Shown here: one piece after another, positions 50,135 to 62,589 of the stretch
Position numbering within the stretch: the first letter of the stretch is position 1
Layout of the letters: each line of letters begins with the position of its first letter
DNA from: Octopus bimaculoides
Lineage: Eukaryota
Length of the DNA stretch: 64,000 nt
Reading direction: 5' to 3'
Assembly (NCBI RefSeq): GCF_001194135.2
Contig: NC_068983.1
Coordinates: 157,515,007 to 157,579,006 of the forward strand
Program-made: the position numbers and the translations under genes
The notes under the pieces: model-generated
The model's input: the letters and a program-made list of their open reading frames with translations, nothing else
The model's database searches: none
What the model was told of the DNA's origin: nothing

Positions 50135-50530
50135 TCATCATCATCATCATCATCGTCGTTTAACGTCCGCTTTCCATGCTAGCATGGGTTGGACGATTTG
50201 ACTGAGGACTGGTGAAACCAGATGGCTACACCAGGCTCCAATCTGATTTGGCAGAGTTTCTACAGCTGGATGCCCTTCCTAAGGCCAACCACTCAGAGAG
50301 TGTAGTGGGTGCTTTTACATGCCACCGGCATGAAGGCCAGTCAGGCGGTACTGGCAATGGCCATGCTCAAAATGGTGTATTTTATGTGCCACCCGCACAA
50401 GAGCCAGTCCAGGGGCACTGGCAACGATCTCGCTCAAAAGTCCTTACATATGCCGCGGGCCCAAGTGCCAGAAAGGCGTCGCTGGGCACAGGGGTCATCA
50501 CGATTTCGCTTTCGCTTGCCCCAATAAGTC
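50135..50530 (-). mobile_element. RTE-tail SINE copy with (GAT)n tail
   Basis: (atc)n-gtcgtttaacgtccgctttccatgctagcatgg... on plus strand. Confidence 0.82.
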
Positions 50531-51403
50531 TTCGCATAAATATATGTATGTACATATATTTATGTGTGTGTGTGGATGTTTGTGTCTCCTTGTTTTGACA
50601 TTGTGTGATTGTTGTAAATGAATGTCATTCATTTCCAGTATCCTGCATAAACATGTCTGACCATGGGGAAATATTGCTTTGCATGGTTTGGTGATAGGAA
50701 GGGCATCCAGCCACAGGAAAAGCTGCCCCAGTAAAATTTTGTTTGACTCTTGCAAATGTGGAAAAGTGGATGTTAAAGTGATGATGATAAGGATGTTATA
50801 TGATTCACTGATATAACTTAACCTGTCCATGAAAAATTTGACGTTCAGTCTCTGGTCAGTGCTCATCAAAGACATTCTAGCTATGACCATTCCATCATAT
50901 TCAAATAATGTATCAGCATTATCCAACATGTCTTTTCACTTCAAAGTGAGTAAAGTGTGGTTAAAGGGATATTTAGCTGCTATTTTTAACAGCTTGAGGT
51001 GCTGAAAAGTTCCTAGCTTTGAGTAAAAGAAAATACAGGAGGATCAGTTAATTAAGATTTTATTAAACATATTCCCCTCTCAAATTCACACACTTATTGC
51101 AGTGATCTTTCAGTTTTTTTAAGCCCTGTAAAAGAACTCAGAATGTTGGGAATCCACCCAAGCCTTTTTGCAATACCCTTAAAGCCAGGAATTTTTCAGT
51201 ACCACCACCACCACCACCACTCCATATATGCCTCTCTTTGATAAGACCAATTTGATTGAAAGTACAGATATTTGAAATTGCAAAGAGAGTCATACCTGTT
51301 TCTTTTTTTGACTGATATAGATTAATTTTTATGCCCAAGTGTTTAATAGCCTCACAATATGAATTTATAAATTTTAATCTTAAAACATTTTATTTTACAT
51401 CAG

Positions 51404-51557
51404 TTGCATTACTGGAAAATGACCCAAATCTTCAAGATGAGAATTTATCAGACTTTTTATCACAAGAGGAGAAAATTGATTTTGCCATAAAGAAAACTAT
51501 ATATCTCTTCAGAAAACTTGGAATGAATGAGAAAGAATATTACATGTTTTTATTTCA
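51404..51557 (+). CDS. ACOX1: Acyl-CoA oxidase exon 2
   Basis: ttttacatcAG|(V)ALLENDPNLQDENLSDFLSQEEKIDFAIKK...YMFLF CA|GTAAGT; NDPxxxxE motif; 154 nt, phases 1 and 2. Confidence 0.85.
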
Positions 51558-51827
51558 GTAAGTTATAACTTTGAAAAGATTCTTAAACCTTTTATTTTTA
51601 ACTTTTTAGCATTCACCTTGTCCTGTCCAAAGTAATGCTTTTTTATTCACATGTTTTGAATTAATCTTGCATTATCTTGTAGCTTTTGAGATTTTGATGA
51701 GGTGTATCAAGCCACCCAGTAACTTAAATGAGCTTTCTATTATTGTGCGAGTAGAATATGCCTGTTCCAGTCAATGGATGTAGGTGTGATAGCTAACTTC
51801 AAACTATATTATCTGAGAAGAATTTTC

Positions 51828-52383
51828 GGATCTATTTTAAAATGGGGGCCACATTTTTCATTAATGTTTTACGTAGTGTTTTTGGTACGGAAAGACTTTC
51901 AAACTTCGTATACTTATCTATTTTGTGTGATAGAACAGAAAAATATTTTTGTATTCGAATTTATTTCATGTAAAAAATTGTCTTATTTCGATAATTTCAA
52001 CCAATCACTGACAAATATTCAGTTGTTTACATTTACTCCTTTGACTGATTAAGCGATGTAAAGCGTATTTAATCTCCATACCTTCGTTTTATTTGCTTTT
52101 TTCATTTTAAATTTGCTTTAACCCTAACCCTAGGGTTAGGGTTAATTGTTTCAGAATCGTTTGTTTATGTAGTCGGCACTTAATGTATATCGGCTGAATG
52201 GACGTCAGTGATTGGTTGAAATTACAGAAATACGACAACTTTAACATGGAATAACTTATGGATTTCTTTTTTTTTTAAGAAGACTAAGAGAAAAAGATGT
52301 TTTATATGACACATTCTACCAGTGTTCCAAGTTTCAAAGTGTTTCGTTAATGAAAAATGTGGCCCCCGTTTTAAAAAAGATCC
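51828..52383. mobile_element. 556-bp Merlin-like MITE with a central telomeric palindrome
   Basis: TIRs ggatctattttaaaatggggcc.. / ..ggcccccgttttaaaaaagatcc; perfect 8-bp TSD gaattttc; central aaccctaaccctagggttagggtt. Confidence 0.85.
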
Positions 52384-53008
52384 GAATTTTCTAATAACTT
52401 ACGCCCAGGGGTTAGTACTTATAGAGAAAAGTCAGCAAGTTTTTTCTTATAACCACCCTAATCATGAACATAACATAATAATTACAAGAGGCGTTTACAA
52501 TGAGCTCTGTATGTTTGTGTCTCCTTGTCCTGACATGATAGTTGTAAAATGGCTGCCACTGTCATACAAGCAGCGTCATTCATTTTCAACATTCTGTAAA
52601 ATATGTCTGGATATTTCATGTATGTGGTGATTGAAGAAGCTATTTCACCCCCAAATCTTTCATATAACAACAATTTATTGTTTATATTCAGTTTTGAGTT
52701 CTTAAATAACAACTTTTGAGAAGTCAGTTGTAAACTGAATCAACTCCAATATAATATCAATACTTGTTTTATTGTGTCAATGAATTAAAGGATTAAACTA
52801 ATCTCTCTAAAATTTTAATTGTGTACTAAAATACAGTAATATTGTAAAAACTCATAGGCATTTTCTCTGTCCTTCTTATAATCAGTTTTATAAAGTAGCT
52901 AATTTAATGTGTTATAATTTTACATTTTTATTTATATAGTTTGTATCTGCTATATAAAATTGAAAGGTTGCGATCAATTTGAATATTTTTCTTGTTTTCT
53001 ACTTCCAG

Positions 53009-53169
53009 AAACTTCTATCCTTTCCAGCAGCTAGGTTTCCCTCTTCACTTTGTTATGTTTACTTCAACATTAAAACTCTTATGTAGTCCTGAACAGGCTA
53101 ACTACTGGCTACCAAAAGCATCCAACTTAGAGATACTTGGATGTTATGCTCAAACTGAATTGGGACATG
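53009..53169 (+). CDS. ACOX1: Acyl-CoA oxidase exon 3
   Basis: ctacttccAG|...LGFPLHFVMFTSTLKLLCSPEQANYWLPKASNLEILGCYAQTELGH G|GTGAGT; hallmark YAQTELGHG motif; 161 nt. Confidence 0.95.
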
Positions 53170-53245
53170 GTGAGTTTGAATTCTGGGTTAAAAACAGCAT
53201 GTATGCATGCATGTGCACGTGCGCACACACACACACAATCACACA

Positions 53246-53282
<37 letters not shown>

Positions 53283-54569
53283 ACATATACAAGTGTGTGT
53301 GTGTGTGTGTGTGTGCATGCTACTGTGCATAGGATGGGTAGTATATTTGTTAAATTTATTTTAAATGTTCTACATTATTGAATTTGTCGATTCATTCAAA
53401 AATGATTTTTATAATATTAAAGGTAGTTACAGACAATGTTAAAAGGGCTCTTGTAACCTTGGGTTATTGCAAAAAATCAAAAGAATTGCTATTGAATATT
53501 TCCAGCAGAGTAGCAAAGTTGTAAAAGCAAAAATACTGAAAATAATAATCAAAGCTGCCTCCCATGTTATGACATACCCTCATCACTATTATCTTCATCA
53601 TATGTTTGTTTTTCATGCTGGTACGGGTTAGATTGTTCAATAGGAGTTGGATCAAATTCCAATATCTGCTTTGGCATGGTTTCTATAGGCTGGATGCTCT
53701 TCCTGACACCAATGACTTTAAGAGTGTACTGGGAGCTTTTTACATGGCACCAGCACAAGTGAGTCACCAAATAACTTGCACAATAAGAAAAAGAAACTTT
53801 AGTGAAGGGGGAATAGTTTTGAGAGAGGTGGCTTTATGCCAGGTAACGAGAGGTTAAAGTATGATAGAGGCACAGGAATAGGTGTCTTGCTGTAGGGAGA
53901 TACATAGTTGCCCCAACTAGAAAAGAACAAAGATGGTGGTGAAGTTGTGTCAGGGTGCACCCTCAATTTACAACAAGGTGAATATAAGACATGTTTGACT
54001 AAAACTGGTAAGCCAGAGAGAAACTAGTGCAGCCTCCTGGCTTACCAGTTCCAGTCAAACTACCTAACCCATGCCAGAATGGAAAGCAAATGTTAAATGA
54101 TGATGTATTGATAGGCAAATAAGTTTGTGGGAATGAGAAAGAGAGTGGCACACTTTTTCGTATTTTTTTTGTGTTTTTTATAGCCCTCAGTACATGTGAT
54201 GCATATTATTACATATATCTCTACCCATTTAAAATGTGAATCCAGTTTGTAATGCAGGCCCACACTATTTCATATGTCAGTTAGACATGACCTTGTAAAA
54301 CATGTTAACCTATGCATGATTTTATTCTGTGGGATTTTTTTTTATCATTGTATTTAGATGATGGAAGCTGTGCTCTTCACTATGAGTGAGCTATGAGCAA
54401 CTTATAAATTTAGGAAAAAGCTTGCAGTAAGATCAGCATGCAGAGTGGTTCTAGTTTAGTGATGTACTTGGCAATTTTGTACTTTTCTAAATATCCTTTG
54501 TAATTGACCCTAAATGTATGAACTGCAAGTAAATCTATGATCTATTAACATGGAAGAATAGTGGTGTCA

Positions 54570-54764
54570 TCATCATCATCATCATCATCATCATCGTTTA
54601 ACGTCCGCTTTCCATGCTAGCATGGGTTGGACGATTTGACTGAGGACTGGTGAAACCGGATGGCAACACCAGGCTCCAATCTAATTTGGCAGAGTTTCTA
54701 CAGCTGGATGCCCTTCCTAACGCCAACCACTCAGAGAGTGTAGTGGGTGCTTTTACGTGTCACC
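54570..54764 (-). mobile_element. RTE-tail SINE copy (ends at gap)
   Basis: Family match. Confidence 0.8.
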
Positions 54765-55168
54765 NNNNNNNNNNTTTTTTTTTTTTTTTTTTTTTTTTTT
54801 TTGTATGTGTTGAATTTCTTTTCTGGGATGAACATGCTAGTTACCTGCTTTTCAAATTTGACTTTTCAGAAGTGGTCCGTTGGTTTCCTTTGTCTTAAAT
54901 ATACAAACCTCTCATGTTAATGTCTCCTATAGAATCACTTTTGTTATCTCTATTATTTTTAATCTTATTTCTATTTTTATTTTTCCTCTTCCTGCTTCCT
55001 AATGCTTTGTTAATATCAATATTTTAATAAGAATAAGTTTTTAAAATTTCTCACATAACCTTTTACTTGCCTCACTACAACATGTAACTAATCCATTTTT
55101 TAAAATCTTTACAGTCTTTCTCAGTTATTTTTTTTATATGTAACAAACTGAATTAATCATCATCATCA

Positions 55169-55203
<35 letters not shown>

Positions 55204-57239
55204 AATCATCATCATCATCATACATCCCATTCTCTGCTGGCATGGGTTAGATGGTTTGACAGGAGCTGGTTAGGCAGAAGACTGCGCCAGGCTTTGCGGT
55301 TTTTACAGCTGGAGGCCCTTCTTAACTCTAACCACCAAACAGAGTGGAGTGAATGCTTTTCACGTGGCATCAGCACATGGTATCGTTTTTACAGCTGGAA
55401 GCCCTTCCAAATGCCAACACCTTTACAGTGTAGATTGGATGCTTTTTATGTGGCACCAGCACCGGCAAGACCACCAAGTAACTTGCAAGACAAAAATCCT
55501 TTGAGAGGGTAGGGTTTATTGGAGGAGGTGACCTCGTGCAAAGAGAATAATCTTGATACAGTAATAATAATTACACTCTACTTGACACTGAGAAAATTTT
55601 TGTCTTCTTTGTACATTCAATTGTTGGACTTGTTACCATTGTTACTATAGTATAATAAGGTGGTGAGCTGACAGAATCGTTAGCACGTCAGGCAAAATGC
55701 TTAATGGCATTTTGTCCATCCTTACATTCTGAGTTCAAATTCCACTGAGGCTGACTTTGCCGTTCATACTTTCAGGGTTGATGAAATAAGTACCAGTGAA
55801 ATACTAGGGTTGATGTAATTGACTAATCTGCTCTCCTAAAATTTCAGGCCTTGTACCTTCAGTAGAAAGGATTATTACTGAAGTATAATAGTGATCTTTC
55901 ATATTTTCATCGACTCCAATTTAATCCTAAATAATCCAGACAATAGATATCAGTTAGAATAAGAACAGTAATAAATGAGTGAAGAATGAATATATAGTGT
56001 GTGAAATGTAACAATATGTTTCAACACATGGTTTCTCATCAGGAATCTTGCAACACAAGTTCATAAGTGTAATTAAATCTTTTCCTTTTCACTACTACTC
56101 TTAATATTTAATATTTGTTGTATCCTCCTTCTCCAAATGTCATGTTACCACCACAATATTGTGACAAATGGTTCAGATACGCTATACCAGTGTAGTAACA
56201 GTAAACAGGATAACAATGCAGCCGTAATAACAATGCAACGATCCAACAATCACTATTCCGAATGAACTAACCAACCAACACCTTCCGACTTCACTGCAAA
56301 TTCAACTTAAACTAACACACAAACTTCACTCTAACCACTACTATTTGTAATTGCTCAGTCCAGTCTATTTCTTGCAAGGGGATGTCGTGACTCACATCAC
56401 AACAATACTTTTATCATAAGTTATTACTTATAGCTGAATTTGTTTTGAGACACATTGTTGATAAAGTTATATTTGCATATTTCTCCTTGCTTCTACATTC
56501 GTATTTTAATCTTTAATTTTGCAAAATAATAGCTATAAATTGCCTTGCATGATTATTTAGTATCTTTAATATAACGTATAAATACATCACCTCTTTGATT
56601 TGAACAACATTTCCTTCAATTTCCTCCGGTTCATCTTATGCTTGCTTGTTTCTATTTGATTGAAATCTTTCATAATAAAATTACCTGTTCAAAAATCCAT
56701 CAAAGTGGAATGACCACATAACAACACTATTCCAGCTACTTTGAATTATTTAATTAAATTTATCATATTTCACCTTGTTGATGACTATGGATCACCATCA
56801 CTGTCGTTATCAATCATCATCGACATTTTAATGTCTACTTTTCCATGCTTGCGTGGTTCAGATGGAATTCACTGAAGCAAATTTTCTATGGTTGAATGGC
56901 ATTCCTGTTGACAACCCTCTTCTGTTTACAGATAACATTTCTCCATGACCTGCCATATTTTTCATGGAAGAGTTGAAATGAAAATTGCTTGGTTACAACC
57001 ATCTTGATGTTCAGACAAGGAGACATACACATGTGCACACACACACACACACACATGATGGGCTTCTTTCAGTTTCTGCCTACCAAATCCATTCAAGGCT
57101 TTGGCTGGTCCAGGGCTTTAGTAAAAGACACTTTCCCAAGGTACTATGAATCGCAATTGAACCTAAAACCACACGGTTGAGAGGTAAGCTTCTTAATTAT
57201 ACAGCCATGCCTGTATCTGTAACATGTATAACTTAAAGC

Positions 57240-57645
57240 CCTAGGGCCTGGGCACCTGTACCAGTGTGGCACGTAAATAGCACCAGCGTGATCATTACCA
57301 ACGTCGCCTTCCTGGCACTTGTGCCAGTGGCACATGAAAAGACATTCGAGCAAGATTGTTGCCAGTGCCGATGGACTGGCTCCTGTGCAGGTGGCACATA
57401 AAATACACCATTTCCAGCATGGCCGTCGCCAGTACCGCCTGACTGGCCCTCGTGCCGGTGGCAAGTAAAACACCCACTACACTCTCGGAGTGGTTGGTGT
57501 TAGGAAGGGCATCCGGCTGTGAAAACTCTGCCAAATCAGATTGGAGCCTGGTGTCGCCTTCGGGTTCCACCAGTCCTCAGTCAAATCGTTCAACCCATGC
57601 TAGCATGGAAAGCGGATGTTAAACGATGATGATGATGATGATGAT
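57240..57645 (+). mobile_element. RTE-tail SINE copy with (GAT)n tail
   Basis: Family match. Confidence 0.82.
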
Positions 57646-57745
57646 TTATATTTGAATAATATAACAATAAGTTCTATATTTATGTATTGAGCCCTCTTAG
57701 TCCTATATATCAATATATCATTTTTATATACACATATAACCACAC

Positions 57746-57789
<44 letters not shown>

Positions 57790-57852
57790 CTTCTGACTTA
57801 GTAACTGAAGAATAGAAAGAACTGATAAAGTATATTGCAGAACATATTTTTC

Positions 57853-58278
57853 GGATCTATTTTAAAACGGGGGCCACATTTTTCATTAATGTTTTATGAA
57901 GTGTTTTTGGTACCGAAAGACTTTCAAACTTCGTATACTTATCTATTTTGTGTTATAGAACAGAAAAATATTTTTGTATTCGAATTTATTTCATGTAAAA
58001 AATTGTCTTATNNNNNNNNNNACCCTATCACTGATAGAATTGTTTCAGAATCGTTTGTTTATGTTGTCGGCACTTAATGTATATCGGCTGAATGGACGTC
58101 AGTGATTGGTTGAAATTACAGAAATACGACAACTTTAATATGGAATAACTTATGGATTTCTTTTTTTTTTTAAGAAGACTAAGAGAAAAAGATGTTTTAT
58201 ATGACACATTCTACCAGTGTTCCAAGTTTCAAAGTGTTTCGTTAATGAAAAATGTGGCCCCCGTTTTAAAAAAGATCC
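57853..58278. mobile_element. Second copy of the ggatc-ended Merlin-like MITE, abutting the ACOX1 exon 4 acceptor
   Basis: Same TIRs as 51828; perfect 8-bp TSD tatttttc (57845-57852 and 58279-58286). Confidence 0.85.
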
Positions 58279-58298
58279 TATTTTTCTTATTGAAACAG

Positions 58299-58406
58299 GT
58301 ACATTTTTAAAGGGTTTAGAAACCACAGCTGTGTATGACCCACTAAATGAAGAGTTTGTGCTAAACACTCCAACTACAACATCCATGAAATGGTGGTCAG
58401 GACAGT
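58299..58406 (+). CDS. ACOX1: Acyl-CoA oxidase exon 4
   Basis: gaaacAG|[37 protein letters not shown]|GTAAGT; 108 nt. Confidence 0.95.
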
Positions 58407-58589
58407 GTAAGTAGTTAGAAAAAATTTGATTGTAAATTGCAGGAACTCTTTCTTTTCATGGAAAAATAGCTTTGCTTATGTCCAAAAATTTTAACATCGC
58501 TTTGTTTTTCTCATTAAATATGTTTGTTTCTACTTTGTTTTTGTATCTGGTTTGCAAGATTCTTTATGTGAATTCGTGTGTTGAAGCAA

Positions 58590-59027
58590 ATTTTGTTGTG
58601 TCTGGAGAGAACCATCTTGTCTTAATGCCTTATTATCTTACACACTCACAGTTTGATTTCCACTCATTTACTATTTATATATTTTATTTTCTTCCAAAAT
58701 TTTTGTTGCTTTTGCAACTTTGTTAATGGATGTTGACTCTCAACAAGGTTGCAATATCCATTGACAAGGTTGCAATATCCATTGACAAGGTTGCAATATC
58801 CATTGACAAGGTTGCAATATCCATTGACAAGGTTGCAATATCCATTGACAAGGTTACAATATCCATTGACAAGGTTGCAATATCCATTGACAAGGTTGTA
58901 ATATCCATTGACAAGGCTGAAAATTTTGGAAGAAAAATTATATAAATAATGAGTGGAAATCAAATTGGTGAGTGTATTAGATAATAAGGCATTAAGACAA
59001 TATGACTCTCCCCAGACACAACAAAAT
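58590..59027. mobile_element. Foldback element with about 110-bp inverted arms and an internal 21-bp minisatellite
   Basis: attttgttgtgtctgg...tcttccaaaattt and aaattttggaaga...ccagacacaacaaaat; no clear TSD. Confidence 0.75.
58740..58917 (+). repeat. Minisatellite (TTGACAAGGTTGCAATATCCA) x about 8.5
   Basis: Directly readable tandem units with two point variants. Confidence 0.95.
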
Positions 59028-59554
59028 GTTTGTTTTTCTTTTACTTTTAAGACATTTTTCTTTCTCTATACATTATGATATATTACTAAATTGTAAACAA
59101 TTCTTTTATAGATTCTGAGAACATGTTTGTAAAAGAATATCTGTACATGTTATGTTGTGAGTGTATGTATATGTGCATGTGGGTGAGCAGATATAAATGT
59201 GAACTGTATCACTTGCCAGAACTAAAATGTACATTTAAAAATATGATGGGCTAAATTATTCTTTCTGATTTTAGCACAATGCCAGCAATTTTTAGTAAGA
59301 GAGCCAAGTCAATTACATCACCCTCAGTACATATTTGATGCTTAATTTTATCAACCTTAGAGGGATGAAAGACAAAGATGACCTTAGTGGGATTTGAACT
59401 CAGAATTTAAAGTGGCTGAAGAAATGCTGCTTAGCATTTTGTCTGCATAGTTATGGTTCTGTCAGCTCACCACCTTGTAATTGGTTCAAATTTTGACAAA
59501 AAACTAGCAATTTTAGAGCGAGGGAGAAAATTGGTTAGAAAACAGACTCCATCA

Positions 59555-60660
59555 CATGCCAGGGGGAGAAACTAGAAGTAGTCGATAGCTTCCGCTACCT
59601 AGGTGACCAAGTCTGTAGTGGGGGTGGATGCTCGGAGAGCATAGCTGCTAGAATAAGAATAACCTGGGCAAAGTTTAGAAAGCTCCTACCTCTGCTGGTA
59701 ACAAAGGGCCTCTCACTCAGAGTGAAAGGTAGACTGTATGATGCATGTGTGCGACCAGCCATGCTACACGGTAGTGAAACATGGGCCATGACTGCTTAGG
59801 ACATGCATAGACTTGAAAGAAATGAAGTTAGTATGATCCACTGGATGTGTAATGTCAGTGTGCATATGTGACAGAGTGTGAGTGCTGTGAGAGAAAAGTT
59901 GGACAAAAGAAGCATCAGATGTGGTGTGCAAGAGAGACGACTGCACTGGTATGGTCATGTGCTGCGTATGGATGAGGAGAGCTGTGTGAAGAAGTGTCAC
60001 ACCCTAATAGTGGGAGGAACCCGTGGAAAAGGTAGATCCAGGAAGACTTGGGATGAGGTGGTGAAGTACGACCTTTGAATGTTGGGCCTCACAATGACAA
60101 GAGACCGAGACCTTTGGAGATATGCTGTAATTGAGAAGACCTGACAAGTAAAGTGAGATCGCATCTGTGGCTGATACCAGTGTCACATAACCAGCCCATT
60201 TAAAAGTACCATTGAATCGCCAGGCGACACACTGTGCTTGAAAAGACCTGTTGGATCAAGTAAAATCGTAGTCGTGGCTGATGCCAGTGCTGCCTGACTG
60301 GCACCCATGCTGGTGGTGCATAATAAACATGGGTCAGTGCCAGGGCCTCCTGAATGGCTCCCCGTGCCAGTGGAATGTAAAAAGCACCATCCAAATGTGG
60401 TCGATGCCGGTACCCCCAACTGGCTCCCATGCTGGTGGCATGTAAAAAGCACCATCCAAATGTAGTTTATTTGCTGGTGGCACATAAAAAGTACCCACTA
60501 CATTCTTGGAGTGGTTGGCATTCAGAAGGGCATCCAGCTGTAGAAACCTTGCCAGATCAGATTGGAGCCTGGTGCAGCCTACTGGCTTGCCAGTCCTCAG
60601 TTAAACTGTCCAGCCCATGCCAGTATGGAAAATGAACATTAAATGATGATGATGATGATG
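59555..60660 (+). mobile_element. RTE LINE 3' fragment with 3'UTR and (GAT)n tail
   Basis: LEVVDSFRYLG..RIRITWAKF..YDACVR..GSETW..RRLHWYGHVLRM..GRSRKTW; continues into the SINE-shared 3'UTR. Confidence 0.85.
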
Positions 60661-60923
60661 ATCCCAGTACTTGACTGGTACTTTATTTCATCACCCCTTA
60701 AAGAATAAAAAGCATAGTTGACCTTGGTGGATTTTGAACTCAGAACATAAAGAGCTTGAAGAAATGCCACGAAGCAGTTCCTGTCAGCTTGCCACTTTAG
60801 TTTGGATAATGGGTTCTATTCAGGATGTTTGTAACGAATTACTGCTATAAGCTAATTACTTTGTACTTAATTAGTTTTATATTTTATTGTATGTTCATAT
60901 TAGTATTTCTTTTTGCTTTTTAG

Positions 60924-61043
60924 TGGGCAAAGTAGCAAACTATTGCATTGTCATTGCTCAGCTGTATATTATGAATAAGTGTTATGGAATTCACCCATTC
61001 ATCCTACAAATCCGGAGTTTAGAAGATCACAGCTTCATGCCAG
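60924..61043 (+). CDS. ACOX1: Acyl-CoA oxidase exon 5
   Basis: gctttttAG|(L)GKVANYCIVIAQLYIMNKCYGIHPFILQIRSLEDHSFMP G|GTAATT; 120 nt. Confidence 0.95.
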
Positions 61044-61204
61044 GTAATTTAAAACTTAATTCATTATACTATTTGAAAATTTAGATTTTAACATTTTTGT
61101 TTTCTTTTAAACTTATTGAAACACCATTTATATTTGGATATTCTAAGCTACACCTTCTTTTTCTGTTGCCTCTTCTTAAATTCTACATCAAAGAATGGGC
61201 TTAA

Positions 61205-61381
61205 CCCTTTAGCATTTAAACCGGCCATATCTGGCCCAAATATTCTACCTGTTTTATGCTCAAACTGGCCATATTCAGCCTCTTACACCTATCAACTCTC
61301 AAAAAGGAAGTGAATGATTAATTCCAAACAATGTGAATGAATAAGCATTACATTAGACAGAATAATTTGAATGCTAAAGGG
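61205..61381. mobile_element. Complete 177-bp piggyBac-like MITE
   Basis: TTAA|CCCTTTAGCATTTAAA ... TTTGAATGCTAAAGGG|TTAA. Confidence 0.85.
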
Positions 61382-61908
61382 TTAATATGCTTCTTTTGCT
61401 ATTTTACTTATACTTTTTTATATGAAATTTTTGATGATATCCAAATTCAATAATTTGTATTAATTATAACAGGAAGATGATTTTTTTTAATAGTTTTATA
61501 GCTAGAGTTTCTTCAAATATTTTCACAGAACATTTGGGGAGCTGAAGAAATTGATAAGTCAGTGTTAATATCATTAAAGCAGTGAGCATCAAAACAACTA
61601 ATCATAAATACTTATGCGGTGAGGAAAAGACAACCTCAGTGGCTAATATTATTTCAATTACTTCATCAAGAGTGGGAGACAACATTAGACATGTTTCAGG
61701 ATTAATAGAGGTATCAAGTTGTTGGATCAGGTAATGAAGGTCACCGAGAGGGTCATAGCCCAACTAATTAGGGAGAGATTCAATCTAGAGATGCAGTTAT
61801 TACTTTTAATCCAGTTATAGTCCTTGTTTCCTACACAGACACATATTACTAAGACGCATTTGTGAAGAAATATAAATGAAATCATTTTCCTTTTAACTGT
61901 CTCTTTAG

Positions 61909-62024
61909 GAGTAATTACTGGAGATGTTGGTCCAAAAATGGCATTGAATTCCATAGACAATGGCTTCATGAAATTAGATAATGTTCGAATACCCAGAAAT
62001 CAACTTTTAATGAAATATGATCAG
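61909..62024 (+). CDS. ACOX1: Acyl-CoA oxidase exon 6 (gene continues beyond window)
   Basis: ctctttAG|GVITGDVGPKMALNSIDNGFMKLDNVRIPRNQLLMKYDQ|GTAATG; 116 nt. Confidence 0.95.
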
Positions 62025-62086
62025 GTAATGTAAAAAGAAAAAAAAAACAGACTTTCTTTTTCATTTTTTCAAAATTTTCATTAGAC

Positions 62087-62118
<32 letters not shown>

Positions 62119-62589
62119 TCAAACACATACACACAAATGTATATATGCATATGTATGTATGTATGTGTATATGGGAGAATGTACAAAAAAAACAACAACA
62201 GACGAGGACAGGTAGTGTAAACAGCAAAAGGATGTATTAGTATGACGCTCAGGAATACGAAACATATATATAGAAAACAAAGTTATTTTATTCCACACAG
62301 GTAGAAATATAGGAAAAATAGAAGTTGAAAATGCACCAAGAATAGTTGAAATATATTTTATTATTATATTTAAAGATTTAACCAGTTTCACACTTAACAC
62401 TGATTTGGCAGAGTTTCTACAGCTGGATGCCCTTCCTAACACCAACCACTCCGAGAGTATAGTGGGTGCTTTTACGTGCCACCTGCACAGAAGCCAGTCC
62501 AGCAGTACTGGCAACGAACTCGCTCGAATGACTTTTCACGTGCCAGGAAGGCGATGTATATATATATGATATAAATAATATATATATGC

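Noticed and set aside
50212-50598. Recurrent 'KPDGYTRLQSDLAEFLQ' ORFs (also 54650, 57295, 62779), superficially like the VKPDG start of the next ACOX1 exon
   Set aside because: Antisense reading of a multicopy RTE-tail SINE; no further ACOX similarity and no splice context
56013-56047. Additional hammerhead-like strings (56013-56047 minus, 21383-21415 plus, 63375-63392 minus)
   Set aside because: Core or stem I broken, or no GAAA partner at a suitable distance
58740-58917. CRISPR-like array
   Set aside because: Contiguous 21-bp tandem units with no unique spacers, in a eukaryotic intron
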